DNA from: Hemiscyllium ocellatum
Taxonomy: Eukaryota
Direction: 5' to 3'
Assembly: GCF_020745735.1 (NCBI RefSeq)
Contig: NC_083412.1
Span: forward strand, 59,362,320 to 59,426,319
Length of the DNA stretch: 64,000 bases
Shown here: positions 25,359 to 37,729 of the stretch, one piece after another
Position numbering within the stretch: the first letter of the stretch is position 1
How the letters are laid out: the number at the start of each line of letters is the position of its first letter
Notes under the pieces: generated by a model
What the model was told of the DNA's origin: nothing
What the model saw: the letters and a program-made list of their open reading frames with translations, nothing else
Database searches by the model: none
Made by a program: the position numbers and the translations under genes

Positions 25359-25394
25359 ATTCGACGTTTCGAGCATGAGCCCTTCATCAGGAAT
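25359..25394 (-). ncRNA. Minimal type-I hammerhead ribozyme motif in the PLE 3' pLTR
   Basis: Minus strand: AUUC-CUGAUGA-A-GGGC(UCAU)GCUC-GAAAC-GUC/GAAU. Core intact, 4-bp stem I, palindromic ACGU stem III, one extra A after the core. Confidence 0.75.
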
Positions 25395-25529
25395 AAGAGA
25401 GAGAGAGAGCCAAGCAGGCTAAGATAAAGGGTAGGGAGGAGGGACCAGGGGGAGGGGCGATGGAGGTGGGATAGGTGGAAGGAGGTCAAGGTGAGGGTGA
25501 TAGGCCGGAGTGGGGTGGGGGCGGAGAGG

Positions 25530-27377
25530 TCAGGAAGAGGATTGCAGGTTAGGAGGGCGGTGCTGAGTTGAGGGAACCGACTGAGACAAGGTGGGGGGAG
25601 GGGAAATGAGGAAACTGGAGAAATCTGAATTCATACCTTGTGGTTGGAGGGTTCCCAGGCGGAAGATGAGGCGCTCCTCCTCCAGCCGTCGTGTAGTTGT
25701 GTTCTGCCGGTGGAGGAGTCCAAGGACCTGCATGTCCTCGGTGGAGTGGGAGGGAGAGTTAAAGTGTTGAGCCACGGGGTGATTGGGTTGGTTGGTTCGG
25801 GCGGCCCGGAGGTGTTCTCTGAAGCGTTCCGCAAGTAAGCGGCCTGTTTCACCAATATAGAGGAGGCCACATCGGGTGCAGCGGATGCAATAGATGATGT
25901 GTGTGGAGGTACAGGTGAACTTGTGGCGGATATGGAAGGATCCCTTGGGGCCTTGGAGGGAAGTGAGTGTGGAGGTGTGGGCGCAAGTTTTACATTTCCT
26001 GCGGTTGCAGGGGAAGGTGCCGGGGGTGGAGGTTGGGTTGGTGGGGGGTGTGGATCTGACGAGGGAGTCACGAAGGGAGTGGTCCTTGCGGAACGCTGAT
26101 AGGGGAGGGGAGGGAAATATATCCTTGGTGGTGGGGTCCGTTTGGAGGTGGCGGAAATGGCGGCGGATGATACGTTGTATGCGGAGGTTGGTGGGGTGGT
26201 AGGTGAGAACCAGTGGGGTTCTGTCTTGGTGGCGGTTGGAGGAGCGGGGCTCAAGGGCGGAGGAGCGGGAAGTGGAGGAGATGCGGTGGAGGGCATCGTC
26301 GATCACGTCTGGGGGGAATCTGCGGTCCTTGAAGAAGAAGGCCATCTGGGCTGTGTGGTGTTGGAATTGGTCCTCCTGGGAGCAGATGCGGCGGAGACGA
26401 AGGAATTGGGAATATGGGATGGCATTTTTACAGGGGGCAGGGTGGGAGGAGGTGTAGTCCAGGTAGCTGTGGGAGTCAGTCGGTTTATAATAGATGTCTG
26501 TGTTGAGTCGGTCGCCCGAGATAGAAATGGAGAGGTCTAGGAAGGGGAGGGAGGAGTCTGAGATGGTCCAGGTGAATTTCAGGTCGGGATGGAAGGTGTT
26601 AGTAAAGTTGATGAACTGTTCAACCTCCTCGTGGGAGCACGAGGCAGCGCCGATACAGTCATCGATGTAGCGGAGGAAAAGGTGGGGGGTGGTGCCAGTG
26701 TAGTTGCGGAAGATGGACTGTTCCACATATCCTACGAAGAGGCAGGCATAGCTGGGGCCCATGCGGGTGCCCATGGCAACTCCTTTAGTTTGGAGGAAGT
26801 GGGAGGATTGAAAAGAGAAGTTATTCAGGGTGAGGACCAGTTCAGTCAGTCGAAGGAGGGTGTCAGTGGAAGGGTACTGGTTGGTGCGGCGGGAAAGGAA
26901 GAAGCGGAGGGCTTTGAGTCCTTCGTGATGGGGGATGGAGGTGTACAGGGACTGGATGTCCATAGTGAAAATAAGGCGTTGGGGACCGGGGAAGCGAAAA
27001 TCCTGGAGGAGGTGGAGGGCGTGGGTGGTGTCCCGAACGTAGGTGGGGAGTTCTTGGACTAAAGGGGACAGGACCGTGTTGAGGTATTGGGAGATGAGTT
27101 CGGTGGGGCAGGAGCAGGCTGAGACAATGGGTCGGCCGGGGCAGGCAGGTTTGTGGATTTTGGGCAGGAGGTAGAAACGGGCGGTGCGGGGTTGTGGGAC
27201 TATGAGGTTGGAGGCGGTGGATGGGAGATCCCCTGAGGTGATGAGGTCCTGGATGGTCTGGGAGATGATGGTTTGGTGGTGGGAGGTGGGGTCGTGGTCA
27301 AGGGGGCGATAAGAGGAGGCGTCCGCGAGCTGGCGTTTGGCTTCAGCGGTATACAGGTCAGTGCGCCAAACTACCAC
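25530..27377 (-). CDS. Penelope-like reverse transcriptase / GIY-YIG endonuclease ORF
   Basis: Listed ORF; the frame continues upstream to about 27690 with one in-frame TGA at 27495-27497, probably from CGA decay. Confidence 0.88.
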   Translation of the reverse strand: MVVWRTDLYTAEAKRQLADASSYRPLDHDPTSHHQTIISQTIQDLITSGDLPSTASNLIVPQPRTARFYLLPKIHKPACPGRPIVSACSCPTELISQYLNTVLSPLVQELPTYVRDTTHALHLLQDFRFPGPQRLIFTMDIQSLYTSIPHHEGLKALRFFLSRRTNQYPSTDTLLRLTELVLTLNNFSFQSSHFLQTKGVAMGTRMGPSYACLFVGYVEQSIFRNYTGTTPHLFLRYIDDCIGAASCSHEEVEQFINFTNTFHPDLKFTWTISDSSLPFLDLSISISGDRLNTDIYYKPTDSHSYLDYTSSHPAPCKNAIPYSQFLRLRRICSQEDQFQHHTAQMAFFFKDRRFPPDVIDDALHRISSTSRSSALEPRSSNRHQDRTPLVLTYHPTNLRIQRIIRRHFRHLQTDPTTKDIFPSPPLSAFRKDHSLRDSLVRSTPPTNPTSTPGTFPCNRRKCKTCAHTSTLTSLQGPKGSFHIRHKFTCTSTHIIYCIRCTRCGLLYIGETGRLLAERFREHLRAARTNQPNHPVAQHFNSPSHSTEDMQVLGLLHRQNTTTRRLEEERLIFRLGTLQPQGMNSDFSSFLISPPPTLSQSVPSTQHRPPNLQSSS

Positions 27378-27799
27378 CGCGCCTCCCTTGTCTGCGGGTT
27401 TGATGGTGAGGTTGGGATTGGAGCGGAGGGAGTGGAGGGCTGCACGTTCTGAGGGTGAGAGGTTGGAGTGGGTGAGAGGGGTGGACAGGTTGAGTCAGTT
27501 AATGTCACGGCGGCAGTTGGCTATAAAGAGGTCGAGGGCGGGTAGGAGGCCAGCACGGGGTGTCCAGGTGGATGGGGTGTGTTGGAGGCGGGAGAAGGGG
27601 TCGTCAGAGGGTGGGCGCGAGTCTTGGTTGTGAAAGTAGGCACGGAGGCGAAGGCGGCGGAAGAATTGTTCAATATCTCGGCGCGTGTTGAACTCATTAA
27701 TCCGAGGGCGTAGGTCGAAACGTCGAATTCTCTATTCCTGAGATGCTGCCTGGCCTGCTGTGCTTTGACCAGCAACACATTTGCAGCTGTTGGTCATTG

Positions 27800-27965
27800 T
27801 GCAGGAAATGCCGGTCACAGCGACCTTGGTGCGGGGGGTGGACCGCTCACTGACTCACATCACACTCACTGCTGCTCACAGACAGAAAGGAATAGCAACA
27901 CTCAACCGGTCAGTGCCGGGATATTCACTGCTTCTCACATGCATAAACCCATCAACTTCCGCTAC
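27800..27965 (-). promoter_or_regulatory. Probable native promoter / 5' flank of the IgSF gene, displaced by the PLE
   Basis: Directly continues the TSD; CAGGAAAT (ETS-like) 27802-27809, TGACTCA (AP-1) 27851-27857, ACTTCCG (ETS) 27955-27961. Confidence 0.4.
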
Positions 27966-30344
27966 TCGGGGGGAGGAGGGTGGCAGTTGAATGTGAGGGT
28001 GTATGAAAAATCACATTCTTGTACGGATTCGTTTCTTTGATTTTGATTTGTTGTGAAATGATTATCAATGTAGTGCGTAAATGTTCTGCACCTATTTCTT
28101 TCTGCAGTTTGTGATATTTTTGTGTTTGAAGGGCTATTGTTGGTGGTGGTGGGGTGCAGGGGCTTGGGGTAGGGGAGAGGTTTGGGGTGGAGGATATTCC
28201 TTGAGGTTTACAGACGGTATAGAAAATATAAATGTCTTTCAACAGGGACATGATTTCATTGCACTTGGAAAATCAGGAGTAAACAGAGTCAATCCGACCT
28301 CACTTTCGCCTCATAATAAGGTAACCTGTTTCACAAATGTTTAGTTTTTGAGGATATAGCTAAAGGGCAGATAAGGGGCGAAGACGCATTTGGATTTTCA
28401 GAAACCACCGAATAAAGTGCTACACACGAGGTACCACAAATTCAGGTTCATATGATAACCAGTAATATGGTAACATCGACAGGCATTGTTGGGTTGACAG
28501 ACTGTATCCAGTAAGTAAGTCAAGGACCTCAGCTATTATCCATATCAAGAACATGATGAGGATATGAAGTAAAATTATCCAAGTTTACTGTTGATGAAAA
28601 ACTGGAAAAAGAGAAAATAAAACTCGCATTTGAAAAGCACCTTTTACATTCTCTTGTGATTTGCTTCTTATTTATTCTGGTGAAATGGAATCAAATTTAT
28701 TGATTTCATAATCAATTATAAAATTGGTAACTGAAATGCACAGAATGGCATTTCCCCCTGAAGGTTACGCACAAACTTACAAAAACTAATTTCGGAGAAT
28801 TGTAGAATCTAGGACACTAAAAGTAAACATGCCGAACTAATTGCTGATCAATAAGAGATAACTTGAGGTTGAAATTAACGGAAACGATTCAATACCACGA
28901 TCTACTTCCAAAGACACAATATGCTGTTAGTTGCAGAGAAACAATATTTTTATTTGTAGATGACTTCTCATTTCACAAACACTGAGTCTAATATAATTTA
29001 AATCAAAATAATTCTGATTTAATTCAATATCTATTTTGAGGACTCCTATTTGGGAAATGGACTTGGATCGATATTGTACTCAAAAATAAAATGCATCATT
29101 GTGTTTCATTGCCTTTGGCTAAAGCAGACATTTAATAGAATCTTAAAATTGATTATACAAATACAATTCACAGAGAGATCGACAATTGAAAATTATGCTT
29201 ATGCTTAAATGTATGATTTTCAGTGTTCTGTATGGAGGGTCCCTTCAAGATCTGCAAAATACTCCACACGACCATCAATCTTGACTCAGAAGAGCATTCT
29301 ATGAGCTATCTAAAGGGAAGCCACTGTTGTCCCAATAGAAATATTAGCAATCATCAAAATAAGCATAAGCTAACAAATGAAAAAGGTTGACGATATTCTC
29401 CGATCTGGGTTGAAAAACATGGTTTGAACATCATCTAATGAGTTTACCTAAATGACTCGTTGTCACTGTTAATCTATGCTATTAGTAAGCTATCGTGATG
29501 GTCTTTGTTTAATTCCATAATTCATGCCTTTTCTGAAAGCCGACAGCTACCAATGCTTGCAGACAATATCTCACCAGCCTGTTTGCAATCATCTCAGATT
29601 CGAAATAAACTTATTTGGAATCATTCCGTTATTTCAAAGTTTCAAACTGAAACCTCAAATACTTACATATTTTATTAAGTGAAGAAATTGTCATGACAAA
29701 TCATTTCTACCACACCTGTAAATATAACCAAAAAGGTTCTCTGTGTCATTATTTACGCACCTCCCTTAATCCCCATGAGTTGACAATGCTCGCAGAACGT
29801 TTGAGAAATGAAGTCAGTCAGGCAAACGTTTTTCGTTAAAAAAAAAGTCTGTTAAATAGTCTAATCACCGACTGTTCACTTGGGGAGCTGAACACAGATC
29901 ATTGCGACAGAAACACTCATGCCACAAGAATAATGTGGTAGTTGTATAATTACTGGGATGAAGCAGTGACCTGGAAATGAAGTTCACAGGGCGAGATCCA
30001 GTGATGTGACCATGGACTGACAGTCTGTTAAACCATTCTTCTGCCTCTTTACTTTTTTAACTGAGGCTTAAGACTGATTAATTCGTTTGTCAAAATGACT
30101 AATTCAGGTCTGTCATAGATTCTTCCCGCGTGTCAATAGCTTTAAACTCTTTCTAAAGTGATCCGAGTGCCACTTAATGAACGGACTTAACAGCACGTTC
30201 CTTCATCTTGTACACTAGCGTATCTGACGGTATAACAGAATTACCGACTTGTGGTCTAAACTTGACAACTGATGTTTAGTTTGTGCATGTTGTTTTGACC
30301 TTCGAGAAATGGAGCTCGCTAACAGTGGTGTAACGAGATCGGGA

Positions 30345-30935
30345 TGAAATAGAGACAGAAAACAGCAGGATGCTGGAATCCAAGGCAGGTAAGCAGGAGG
30401 CTGGGAAACCAGGCAGCTTCAGGAGGTGGAGAGGTCAATCTTTCGGGTCTTACCCTTTCTTCAGGACTAGATGTAGGGGTAGGGGGAGTTACGGATAAAG
30501 ATTGAGTGGTTGGGGTGGGGAGACTAGTGGAATGGTGAGGTAGTGTTAACACAGGTAGTGGGTAAGACCTGCTTGGTGAATGGGAAGGGTAGATCCATTT
30601 AGAAGCTGGAAGGGTTCGTCGTGGACTGGTGGGAAGAAGGTGGCGCTGGGAAGGGAATCCGGAAGCGGGGGGAAGGTGATTTAAAATTCAAGAACTCAAG
30701 GTTAAGTCCCTCCTGGCTGTATGCTGCCCAGGCGGAAGATGAGTTATTGCTCCTCTAATTTGCAGTCTGATTGGCTGTGGCAATGGAGGAGACCAAGGAT
30801 GGTCATGTCTGTGAGGGAGTGGGAGGAGGAATTGAGATGGGCGGATGGGCGGTTAACGGCAGGTCAGGCTGGCCATTTCGGCCTGGTCTCCCACATGAGT
30901 GCTGAAGAAACTCAACTTGTCTGGCCGCATCTGTA
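30345..30935 (-). mobile_element. Degenerate Penelope-like 3' fragment
   Basis: Homologous to the GIY-YIG tail and pLTR of the 25263 element; decayed hammerhead near 30435-30468. Confidence 0.72.
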
Positions 30936-33029
30936 GAGCGGGAAACTGCGTTCATTACACTTGTGATCATACTAGCGATAAACATGCAGTATTAGAATTA
31001 CTGTCAATAATGATCTTATGTATATTTATGAAAAACAACCATTTGTCATCAACAAAAGAAAAATAAACTTACTACTATTTTTAAGAAATTATCCATTTTT
31101 GAGTATAACATGCGTCTGTCTAATTAATTGCGTAATATTTATGTGAAAAACAATGATATTAACATTCACATTAGTTTTAGAATATGTTGATCCCCGACAG
31201 CAGATGGATTTATGGTAGAACTTTAGTTATACTTGAAGGCGGCCGTCCATTGTTCAGACAGTTAGAACATCGAACAATACAGCACAGAACAGGCCCTTCA
31301 GCCCTCGATGTTGGGTCGATCAAGTTAATTAGGAGAAAGTGAGGACTGCAAATGCTGGGGATCAGAGCTTAAAAATGTGTAGCTGGAAAAGCGCGCTTCC
31401 GATCAAGTTAATGCTTTGCATAGCTGCAGCATGGCTTCTACTCAACTGTCTACTGTTCCTGTAAATGTAAAGGCCAGCCTTGCTTTGAGATCTGTTCTGT
31501 AGAAGACCATGACACAGTCATGTTCTATGTATGTGGACCCTAAATATCTTTGGACCTCCGATATTTTTCAGGATTTAGAAAGTATCCTGTTCTATTCAGT
31601 ATTGACCCAAATGCATAACTTCAACATTTCTATGTTAAAAAACCATTTGCTATAGTTTTCGCCATTCACTGAATTTATTATTATGTTTGTAATTTAATGC
31701 TTCTATTTAGAATTGGCTTCTCTGATACTTGCCTCAACTAGTCCGTGTGGTTACAAGTTCCAGAGTCGGACTTCTCTTTAGAGATTTCTGCTGGGAATTC
31801 TTAATTGAATTTATCAGTGGCAATCTTATATTTATGGTTATATTTATCCTGCAAATCTAAACAACATATCAAAATCCTGTTACGCCTCAATGTAGTAGCA
31901 CAGTAGAAATCAAGCCCCATTATTCCTGGAGTTGACACAAATGTTAAACATTTAAAAGAATTCCCTAATTTATCTCTCTTTTTAACGGGGGTTGACAGAA
32001 AGCATGACCCAGGTTTCTGCACTTCACAACAATTACATTTTGTTACAAATAAATAGATTCTATCTAAAGAAGTACAGTTATGAACCATTGATCTATAACT
32101 CTACATGTTAAAACTTTAGAGTCAAAAGATTTAGCACTGGAAAAGCACAGCAGGTCAGGCAGTATCCGAGGAGCAGGACAGTTGACGTTTCAGGCATAAG
32201 CCCATCATCAGGAATGTTAAAACTCTAGCCCAATAATAAACTCCCCATCAGCACATACATACAGTCAGACACAAAATATATTGGCATTATGGGCAAAGAG
32301 GAGGACTGGAAGGCAGCACAGTGGGTCCTGTTTGCAGGGCTTTCTGAGATGATCCTTATGATTAGAAACTGCTTCTTGATCTTCCTTCTCCTGGTTCTTT
32401 CATTGTTTGCAAGAGACACTGGGTAACTGGGTGACAATGATAAAGATCTGTAACCTATTATTTAAAATTCATAGTTAAGGCACTGATGAGGCAGAACAAG
32501 CCACCTATTTTTAGGCTTGAGATGCTTTTTCCTGCTGAGTAAAAATAACTCCTTCACTTCCAGATGTTTTATGGTTTCTGATCCAAACAGTCACATCTTC
32601 AACCTGTTTAACTACCGGAGAGCCAATGGCATTGTCTTGGCAAGCAGAAAGTGTTTGTCCTCAATAACTGGCTAATCTGCTACATGCCTCTGGCCAAATC
32701 TCCATTTGTCACACACTGGCTCTCTAGCTTTTCTGCAACTTATCCAGCCCCCACAGTTTGAACCAACAGCTCTTTAAACAGCATTGACAATGAGTGTCAG
32801 ATTACTTGCTTTTAAAATGTGCAGCAATCCTTTGAAAATCCTTAGCTTTTGAACCTTCCAGTCCAACGTCAAAAATACAGAAACATAAAAATGATATGAT
32901 CTTTACAATCTACGTTGCATGCCTAAAATGGAAACAATTGGTGCAGGCCAAACAAATGCTTATTGGTCATACAAGATGACTTTGCGAAAGAAGGTGAATG
33001 AAATGTTAGGATAATGTTAAGATTAAAAA

Positions 33030-33482
33030 AGCAGAAGTACTAGAAAGATTTGCTGTGCTTAATCTGGGTAACTTATCCGATTCCAAACTGAAGTAATTTA
33101 TAATACTGGCGATAGAAGGGTAGAAATTATGAAGCTTTTGGGCACAGTCTTCTCACCCACGTATCTACAAAACTGGTGCCAAAGGATTAGAAAATTACAA
33201 ATGGTACACTTTTGTTCAAGAATTGTGAAAAAATAACCTTCGCGATCATGACCAAGTCAGTTTAGTATAAGTGAGGGGAATCTTTTGATAAATAATAGTC
33301 TGCAAGAAAATTAACAGTTACTTGGACTAATAAAGTTGAGTCAGCCTTGATTTGTTAAGGACAAATTGTGTATGATTACTTTGATGGAGTTTCATCTGAT
33401 GAGGCAATAAAGAAAACTGATGACGGCATTGCAATGGATGTTGTGTATACGGACTTCCAGAAGGTTTTTGATAAAGTATAAA
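33030..33482 (+). mobile_element. Old CR1 ORF2 fragment
   Basis: Degenerate YMDFQKVFDKV (tatacggacttccagaaggtttttgataaag). Confidence 0.6.
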
Positions 33483-33770
33483 GCATGAGAATTCCTAGAA
33501 GCATGGCATTCCAACGGAACTCTATCAACAAACACATCGAGTTAGACCCCATCTACCACCCCATGAGAAAAGGAACAGGAAGTGACTTCACCACAGGAAA
33601 TGACATAATCACAGGAAATGACATCACCAACCCAAACAAACCCAAACATATAAATAGAAAGCAGGATTTTTCAGCATTGCTTCACATGAGGTCCACTGAA
33701 GATGTTATCTAGTAAGGTAACGAAATGCCTGGAAATGAACCTTTCAGCTCAGCGAGCAAACCTACATCCA
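33483..33770 (+). mobile_element. 3' end of a second Penelope-like family
   Basis: EFLEAWHSNGTLSTN / INKHIELDPIYHP endonuclease tail; decayed hammerhead CTGAAGA-TGTTATC..GTAAC-GAAA; flanked by aaagtataa repeats. Confidence 0.65.
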
Positions 33771-36700
33771 AAAGTATAATACTTGACATATTAGCAAAAT
33801 TGAAACATGTAAGATAAAAGCACAGGATATGGAACAGAATGTGATAAACTGTTTTTTTTAAACATACTGGACGGAGATATGCAGTTTCTTAAGGTTCAAC
33901 AGTAGGATTGTTGTGCTCTTGATTTACAGTAATGACTAGTATTGCAATAATTTTCATTTCAAATATTATCCAGTATCAACTTTTGCTAATTCCATTCCAT
34001 ATCATTTTCTTTTAGCTATTTTTGTCCAAATTACATTTTGAAAAAAACTGCAGAACCATCATTGCTGCTTAATTGTCATGGAGATATTAAAGGTAGTTAC
34101 TAATCTGTTCCGTACAGCTGCCAGTGGCCAGTGCACATCAGATTAAATACATAACTATTCTTGATTCTTTTGCTTGAAGCATTGACCTGTTTTAGTTTTG
34201 GATAGTCCAGTTTTGAGATCATCTGAACAGCACTACTAAACATCTTGCATTAAATATGGAATGAAATATTAAGTCTAGCAGCTAGTACACGGAGCAACTC
34301 AATATCAAAATACATTTGTGCAAGCCTATTTCCATTTCTCTTTTTCATAGATTGGAACAACCAAAAAGTAAATTATTCAGCCCATTGAGTGCATGCCAAA
34401 TCTTACAAAGAGCAAGCCAACTATTTGCCACTTTCCCTGAATGTGTTTCTCCCTCAAATACTCACCCAATTCTACTATTATTGCATCTATATCACAGAAT
34501 AGTTACAACACATAAGGAGGCTGTTCAGCCCAAGCTGTTTAAGCTGACTCTCTGCAATAGCAACACACCCTGACCACATTCTCTAGACTTTTTACAAAGC
34601 CCTGCAACAGTAGGTGAGATGATATTAATTCTATTTGTAAAGAACCTAATGCCATAATAAGTAAATCTTGCTGGACTTTCTTGAACATGGTGGGAAAGAG
34701 ACAATTAAAACCTGCACATGTTATTAACCGTCAATCGCAATTTTCCTGCCTAGATTAGTTTATGTTGAGAATTCTTCTTTGTACTGGGGAGTCTAACACA
34801 GGACAGGTGGGCTCTTGTTTTAGTTGCAGATATAATCACATGCTTAAGACATTGTGTTTGACCGTAACATTGGACAGCGGACCTCAATGAAACAACATCT
34901 TATTTTTCACCTGTACACTTTTAGTGTGCCAGCTGACATTGCTAAATTAACATCTTGAAGATAACCTATGTTTACTCACAGAAGGGCACATATGTGATGT
35001 GTGACATGTCTGTCTGTGGCTGTTAGGTAAACAAAGTAACATTTAGGTTTGAAACCCTTCAACAAACATTTGGTTCATGTGTGGTGGGTGATGTGCTGCT
35101 GGAGGGAAGGGCTGGAGTGCATTCTTATTACTGACTTATTTATTTCTCTTGTACAACCTTCTGCAATAAACTAATAGATGGCAAGAGTCTTGTCAAAAAG
35201 GAACAACCACAACTGAAGAAACTTACTGAAGTTAAGAATCTAAACAAGGAAATATCAATTAGGATGCTTAACTTACTTTTAAAATTACATACAGAAATAA
35301 TATCAGATGGTTACAATAAAATTAGATTTAGAGATAAAATGCAATATTCAGCAAAATATTTAAATCTCAAATAAAAACTTTAAGCTAAAGGAACAGCACT
35401 ACATCCTTGGAAGGTTGAATTTTCAGGGTGAGGAATTTTGTTTGGAAGTAATTAAAACTTACTATGTCATTAAAAGGATACTTGGATTGGAATGGATGAG
35501 CTCTATTTTAATGTTGAGCACACTAAACATGGCTGTTAAATCTTTAATCAGTTACAATGAGGATGCAGGTTTTGATTGATTAACATGCAAATCCCAAAAT
35601 TTCTTTAAAGTCACTGTCCTGAGATAACTTAAGGTTTCATCAGCATAAAAGAGGTGACATCTCAGGTCAGGCAATGCATTTAGGCGTGAGGTCTGGTTTA
35701 GAGTCTGTCTGGGTCTTAACCTGAAGTCAGACTGTTTAACAGTCATCTTAAGTGTGCTCGACTTGTTAGCATCAGTTGTATGATGATCTTTTACTTATCT
35801 TTGATCTTTTACTTATAAAATCTGCATCAAAGGTCCTCTTCTCTCACTAACACGTGAAAAAGGAGTGGGGCTCTGAAAACTTGTGTTTTCATATAAACCT
35901 GTTGAACTACAACCTGGTATATTGAGATTTTTAACCTTGTCCAAACCAGTCCAACACCAGCACCTCCACATCATCACCTTACTCAATACATTTAATTATG
36001 AGTCCAGTTAGTTAAAAATCGCACAACACCAGGTTATAGTCCAATAGGTTTATTTAGAAGCACTAGCTTTTGGGGCACTGCCTCTTCATCAGGACAATCA
36101 CCTGATTTTTAACTTTGTCCACCCCAGTCCAACACTGGCACCTCCAAATCCAGTCAGTTAGAAATTGTTTTTGCAAACTTTACAGGGATACAGATTCTCA
36201 TAGACAGCAACATCCAAACTGTTAAGTTTAATTATGTGGAGAGGTTGATTTCTGAACTTTGCAAAAAGTATTGGTGTTGGTACTATGATCATTAATTTCA
36301 TAGCAAAAAAATCCCTAATATTGATTTATCGGTAGGTTGGTTAACATTAACACAAGTACGTTTACTTTATTATCTCTGATATATGCAAGTTCGTTTGATT
36401 AATAAATCCTGAAAGGGCACACTAGTAATTTAACAAACTGTGTAAGGTTTGGTTATAAATTTTATTGCACACCATTTCCATGTTAATGCCCAAATACTTG
36501 TATCTGAAATTCAAAGGCATCGATGCAACTTGGATGAAGGTTCCTGTTTTAATTTCTCATCATCTTGAAATTAAGTAATCTTTAGAAGATGCAATGAATT
36601 ATCAGAAAACTAAACAGGGAATTTTAAGAATATTTTAAAGCCTTTATTCCATTTAGCTTATCAGACATTTACATCAATGTCAGTTTTCAGCATTTACAAG

Positions 36701-37729
36701 GCTGAAACATGCCCCCTGTTCCAATGGTAAAGGTCTTTCTATATATAACAATAACATAATATTCTTGTCTTTATTGGATTATTATCCAGTTACCTTTTCC
36801 AATAAAATACTGAAAATCAATTACTTACACTTTTTATTCCTAATATTCACTGTTGTGAAGAGGAAGTCTTGCTGCGCAGTTTAACCATGGTAATTTTGTC
36901 AGTAAGTGTATAGCAATGTTATCTGCCATTTGGAAATTGGGTAGGGTGGGGGCATGGTTGTGGATTGGAAGGAAGGGGCACTTTATTGTTAATAAGGACA
37001 TCATATTGCGTGTATTTAGTATCTGTATCTATTCTGTTTATGTGTAAATCCCTTGTATGCCTAAAAGGTGCACTTTGGTTAAAAATGTGCCTCCACCACA
37101 AGCATGCAAAGTCCACACTGAAAAAAGTTCAAAGAACAGAAAGTTTAACACATATAGAAGTGCTTGGTCTGTGGACTGCAGTTGTATATTTTTCTGATAC
37201 AGCACTGAAAAGCACAGTCAAAAAACATTCCGATTAGCTATGTGGTTGATGTAGACCTAACCACTTAAAAGTGTGCAGGCGTTGCATGTACTTAGCAGGA
37301 GTAAGAAACTATCTGGTAAATAGCCTTAGCATTTGAAACTTGTGAACTTTCTGAGTCAACTCTGGTGATTGTGGTATGTAACAAAGTGAAGAGTTTGCAG
37401 GCAAACAAGATCCATGCTATGGTTTTCAAGCTGCCGTCAAGGTGAAACATATAACAAATAATCAAAGAGACAACATGACATCTAGAAAATATTGGTTCAC
37501 ATAAACCGTATGCATTTAGTGTCTTAACAAGTTTTTGGTTTTTAAAATAACTGTCCCCAACTGAATTTGTATCAATTCAGTAAAATTTACATGCGGAGGA
37601 TAGAAACCTTGTCAGCAGTGAATGGATTTTCACCTGTAACTGAACATGTGCAGGGAGGACCAGAATGGAATGTACTGTCCAATTTTACTTCTCTTTAATT
37701 TAAGTAACTAATTTTATCTAAATGCAATA

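Larger units (their letters stand above)
25263..27784 (-). mobile_element. Penelope-like element (RT + GIY-YIG), 5'-truncated, with inverted terminal pLTR copy
   Basis: 615-aa ORF with RT motifs (IKPADKGG just upstream, GVAMGT, YIDD) and GIY-YIG (IYCIRC..LLYIGET). 75-bp inverted repeats at 25298-25372 and 27715-27789 (1 mismatch). 15-bp TSD agctgttggtcattg at 25248-25262 and 27785-27799. Confidence 0.93.

Noticed and set aside
25631-27062. Multiple long Pro- or Gly/Val-rich ORFs overlapping the PLE
   Set aside because: Shadow frames of the C-rich RT coding strand
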